Source of the DNA: Strigamia acuminata
Lineage: Eukaryota
Length of the DNA: 64,000 bases
NCBI GenBank assembly: GCA_949358305.1
Contig: OX442314.1
Location: 30,070,001 to 30,134,000, forward strand
Direction of reading: 5' to 3'
Made by a program: the position numbers and the translations under genes. Of this stretch, positions 60,301-64,000 are shown one piece after another (within the stretch, counting starts at the first letter, position 1; every line of letters starts with the position of its first letter). The notes under the pieces are model-generated. The model saw only the letters and a list, made by a program, of their open reading frames with translations, was not told the origin of the DNA and did not search any database.

Positions 60301-61142
60301 TGCGGAGCATGGCCTTCCGCCACGCCGTTACCACGTGGGAGCCAACACCGTCAGCGCAGTCACACGCAATGATGGTCACGAGTGAAGAGCCGATGGAGAG
60401 CGACGCCGCCTCTTCGACTGCTTCACGTGGAGCCCCAACTCCACCTCCGCCGCCGCCGCCGCCACCGATGCCACCAGCGGCGACGCCACAGACACCCGTC
60501 CTATCAAATGCGGCGGGTAAGCCTAGACGCCTGCTATGCCGGACGCCGCCAACGATGTCCGCCGCTCGCCAGAGCCTGACGCCTCCCGCAGCCCAAGAAG
60601 CGCAGGAAGAGACTGTCCAGCAGGCAGTGGTTTCGAAGAGCGCCAAGCCAGCGAAAGCGGCGAAGCCTCCGACAAACTACTATGAGAAGTTGTGTGACGA
60701 GTTCTCTCAGCTGTCGATGACGACGGCGACGCGCAAATTCATCCTCGCGCAGAGAGACAAGGGGAAATCGGTATTCGTTTGGCTACACAACCAGGTGCGC
60801 CAGACCACCGATTTGATCCTCCATCAGCGTTTGCTGAGGGCCCACCGTGCGCCTCGAACGGCCGCGGAGGCGAACGCGATCCGGCACACCAATTCCGGGT
60901 TTTCGGCGTTCATTCCGCGGGTTTGGCTGCATGAGAGGAGACGTGCCCCGTACGAGCCAGCCGGCGGCCACGCATTGTGCTTCATTTCCGAGCACGAGGA
61001 CCCCCGCGACCAGTCTTCAGCCTTGGTTGGAGATCTGGTTTTGCCGCCCGGCGTTGTGCCGCCCGGCGCTGAGCCGCCCGTCCCTGGAGTGAGTTTCGCC
61101 CAGGCGATGGATCCAGCGTCGGGTCCCAGCAAAAAGGATTGA
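57375..61142 (+). CDS. G2 ORF3: unknown, non-envelope-like accessory protein; predicted two exons (57375-57467 + 58269-61142), 988 aa
   Basis: 957 uninterrupted codons from ATG 58269, immediately preceded by TTTTGTTTCCATCATTGCAG. An upstream 31-codon ATG exon ends CAG|GTAGTA in phase 0. The stop lies 27 nt before the PPT. Confidence 0.75.
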
Positions 61143-61169
61143 TCGCTCCGAACACCGGCGGTCAGAGCT

Positions 61170-61181
61170 GGGAGGGGGACG
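61170..61181 (+). promoter_or_regulatory. Polypurine tract of G2
   Basis: GGGAGGGGGACG immediately 5' of the 3' LTR. Confidence 0.85.
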
Positions 61182-62177
61182 TGTGGTGACCCGACTGGGG
61201 TGGGGCACGAAGAGTTTCTCTCGTGGCCTACATACGGGTAAAGAAGGGGAGTCGCACGCGCGCCTCCCTTCCCTCAGAGCATTGACATCCAGTCAATGGA
61301 CGGGCGTCTGCCCTGGGGGAGTGGGGGAGATTCGTCTTCTCCACTATTGGGTGGCTTTAGTCACCTGTCACCCCCCGCTTTGTGCAAAGGAATTCGCCTT
61401 GCACTGAGCGGGGAGAACCAACACAAAAATCAACCAAGATACACGTAAAAGCCAAACGTCCTAAAACGATCAAGCCTAAGTACAAAGACTTCAGGAGTGA
61501 CCTAGGACAAGGGACTTTCAACGTGAGTACGATTGATTTGTGTTAACCTCCGCAGAGTAACCTGCGAAACAAGATTACCACACTATTTTAGCAAGCCAGC
61601 TAGAAATAGTAAACCTACTCCAATTTAGCGAGTTGTGCAGACAAACGGTCGCACAAGCCTAAATTGCAGTAACCACGACGAGCGTTCCCGCCGCTGTGTG
61701 TATCGCCGGGAACCACCAAGCGTCCGCCGCTGTGTGATCGCCGGACACCTACAAAAAACCCTAAACCTAGACAACAGACCAGAAGTAAGACCTTTCAGGC
61801 ATTCACTCGCGCCCGACCAGCGTGAGCCCGAAGGACCGAACGAGAAACGTGAGACGAGGACGCCATTCATTGCCACGCCGGCCCAAGACGACACCACGTT
61901 GCCACGCGGACGCCATCTTGGATCCACAGCGACAAAGGACGACCTCGACCAGTTTCCCGCCAACTTCACACCCCTTTCCTTTTACCTTTTTATTCCCTTA
62001 CATATTTTATTCCCTTTTAACTGTATATTCCCGTATAATAAATACATTTATTATATTTACCTTTTACATTGTCTTGCCGTGTTACATTATTTGGGTAACC
62101 GCTTGAGTAAAGCGGTATTGCGAGATCAGAGAGTGACTCATACCACGTATCAGCGACAGACCGAGTTGAGCGCGACA
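61182..62177 (+). repeat. G2 3' LTR
   Basis: Direct repeat of 48656-49651. Confidence 0.95.
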
Positions 62178-62181
62178 CCCC

Positions 62182-64000
62182 GACAAAATCAAGTCAGTCA
62201 AGGAATTCCCCGAACCCACCTGTTCAAAGGATATACAGAGGTTTCATGGTCTGTCCAATTTCTTTAGGAAGTTTATTCCTAATCATGCGGATATCGCTAG
62301 ACCACTCACCTCAATCATGCATAAAAATGCTGCTTTTGTGTGGGGCAAGGAACAGAAAGAGGCATTCGCAAAAATCAAAGAGATTTTGTGCGATAAAAAC
62401 CAAGTTTTACATATGCCCGATATGTCAAAACCTATGGTAGTAATGACTGACGCGTCCCATACAGGGCTCGGTGCAGTCCTCTGCCAGGATGTCGAAGTGT
62501 TTAACGAAAAAACACAGAAAAAGATGATGGTCCCAAAACCCGTTGCTTATGCGAGCCGAGTTTTACGAGGGGCTGAAGAACGTTATTCCACTCCCGAACT
62601 GGAATGTTTGGCAGTTGTGTGGGCAGTTGATCGCTTCCGCCCATACTTGGAATACACAACGTTCACGTTGGAATCGGATGCGCAAGCGTTAGGCTGGCTA
62701 ATGAGAACGCCCGAACCATCCGGCCGATTTGGACGCTGGGCAGTGAAAATTCAGTGCGGAGCATTCAAGATTGTGTTCAGAAAAGGCGCTTTGAACCAGG
62801 TAGCCGACGCTCTTTCAAGAGCGCCGTTATCTGCAATGGATACGCCTATTACCGATTACATTGAGCCGGTAGAAATTAACCAATTCTATCCTCTATGGAC
62901 CGGTAATAAGAAGACTCAAGTCATTCCAGTTGAAGGACGACGTCACTTTCTAACAAATGTGAATGTTCGTTTTAACGATTTCTCCGAATTAAATGAAGAA
63001 AATTCAAATAATTCTGGAGAAAAGGGGGAAGTGAATGAGAAAGGCAAAACGAAACATCAAACAACAGTATTTAGTGCATTAACCGATGTACTAAATCAAG
63101 TTCCCCCAACCCGAGCCGAAATAATCGCAGAACAATTATTGGATGATGATTGTAAAAAGATTATGGCCCACTTGAAGTTAAGTGAGGAAGACCAAGAATT
63201 AGAGACAGATCTAGACTGGCTAAATACCATAGCTGGATACTGTTTGGATGAAAGTGGGGAGGACGGCAGTAAAATGCTCATTTTCTTTCGTCCCACCTTT
63301 GAAGAGGAGTTGAACGACTCCGGAAATGGATTTAAGGCCGTGATTCCTAAATCTCTCGTAAGAAGAGCTTTATTTGCCTGTCACGGTCACCCCCTTTGTG
63401 GACACGCAGGTATGAGCAAGACTCTGGAAAGAGCAAAGCTCATTTATTACTGGCCAAAGATGACTAGAGATACGCGCAACTATGTCCGTGGTTGCCCGCA
63501 TTGCCAGCAGTACAAGCCAAGCCAGCACCGAAAACATCGAGCGGCTTACACGCCGCATAATATGACGAATCCATGGGAAACCGTGAGTATCGACTTGATG
63601 GGCCCCAAGCCCGCTGGTCGATCGAAGTTACAATGGATATTAGTGATAATAGACCATTGCACCAAATGGGTTGAAGTATTCGCGTTGACAAAGGCCTCTA
63701 GCGAGAGCATTGTCAACAAGATGAGTGACGTTTTTCATCGTTGGGGTTACCCCAAAAAGATATTGTCGGATAATGGAAGACAATTCGTGTCTACTGTCTA
63801 TAGTGATTTTTGTAAAAAACATCACATAGACATGGCACATGTCAGCCCCTATCATGCCTCGGCTAACCCGACAGAAAGGGCTAACCGTGACTTGAAGATG
63901 ATGCTGGCAATTTATTCTGATGTGCACTCTCACTGGCCACGATTCTTGAACGAATTCGCGTTTGCCACGAGAACGGCCATCTCGGATGCAACCGGATTTA
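62182..64000 (+). CDS. pol: G1 Pol, 3' part (end of RT, RNase H, integrase); open to the window end
   Basis: Removing G2 and one CCCC restores GLNADP-DKIKSVKEFPEP in frame. Motifs TDASHTGLGAVL, ELECLAVVWAV, ADALSR, HGHPLCGH...CPHC, SIDLMGP, SDNGRQF, NPTERANR. Confidence 0.92.

Larger units (their letters stand above)
48656..62177 (+). mobile_element. Inner full-length Ty3/Gypsy LTR retrotransposon (element G2, 13,522 bp) with a third ORF
   Basis: Two 996-bp LTRs (TGT...ACA), 4-bp TSD CCCC (48652-48655 / 62178-62181), PBS, PPT, intact gag, pol and ORF3. Confidence 0.97.
42447..64000 (+). mobile_element. Outer Ty3/Gypsy LTR retrotransposon (element G1); 3' part runs off the window
   Basis: 5' LTR, tRNA-Gln PBS, gag, -1 frameshift, pol in PR-RT-RH-IN order, split by element G2. 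Confidence 0.9.

Noticed and set aside
57974..60646. Antisense ORFs of 140-220 aa over ORF3
   Set aside because: Expected shadows of a GC-rich coding strand; they mirror the poly-Pro tracts as poly-Gly.

Overview
AT-rich, intron-containing animal genomic DNA (invertebrate-like; species not identifiable from the sequence alone). Positions 1-40 kb hold a compact gene cluster: the 5' end of ataxin-3 (-), three tandem 9-exon SELENBP1/methanethiol-oxidase paralogues (-), a divergent HIG1-domain gene plus a canonical HIGD1-type gene (-), STK11IP (+), and an unprocessed 5'-fragment pseudogene of USO1/p115 (-). Introns contain many MITEs (hAT-, Tc1/mariner-, Harbinger- and HINE-like) and minisatellites. 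Positions 42.4-64 kb are nested Ty3/Gypsy retrotransposons. The outer element (tRNA-Gln PBS) has its pol gene split by a complete, apparently very young 13.5-kb inner element (identical-looking 996-bp LTRs, CCCC TSD, tRNA-Pro PBS). The best candidate for a new system is in the inner element. After gag and pol it carries a third, apparently spliced, ~988-aa gene that lacks envelope hallmarks, preceded by three repeated hairpin/palindrome motifs, which suggests a 'complex' retrotransposon with its own accessory or regulatory protein. The second highlight is one SELENBP1 paralogue with an intact ORF but substitutions concentrated at otherwise conserved positions. All calls were made by eye; no database searches were run.
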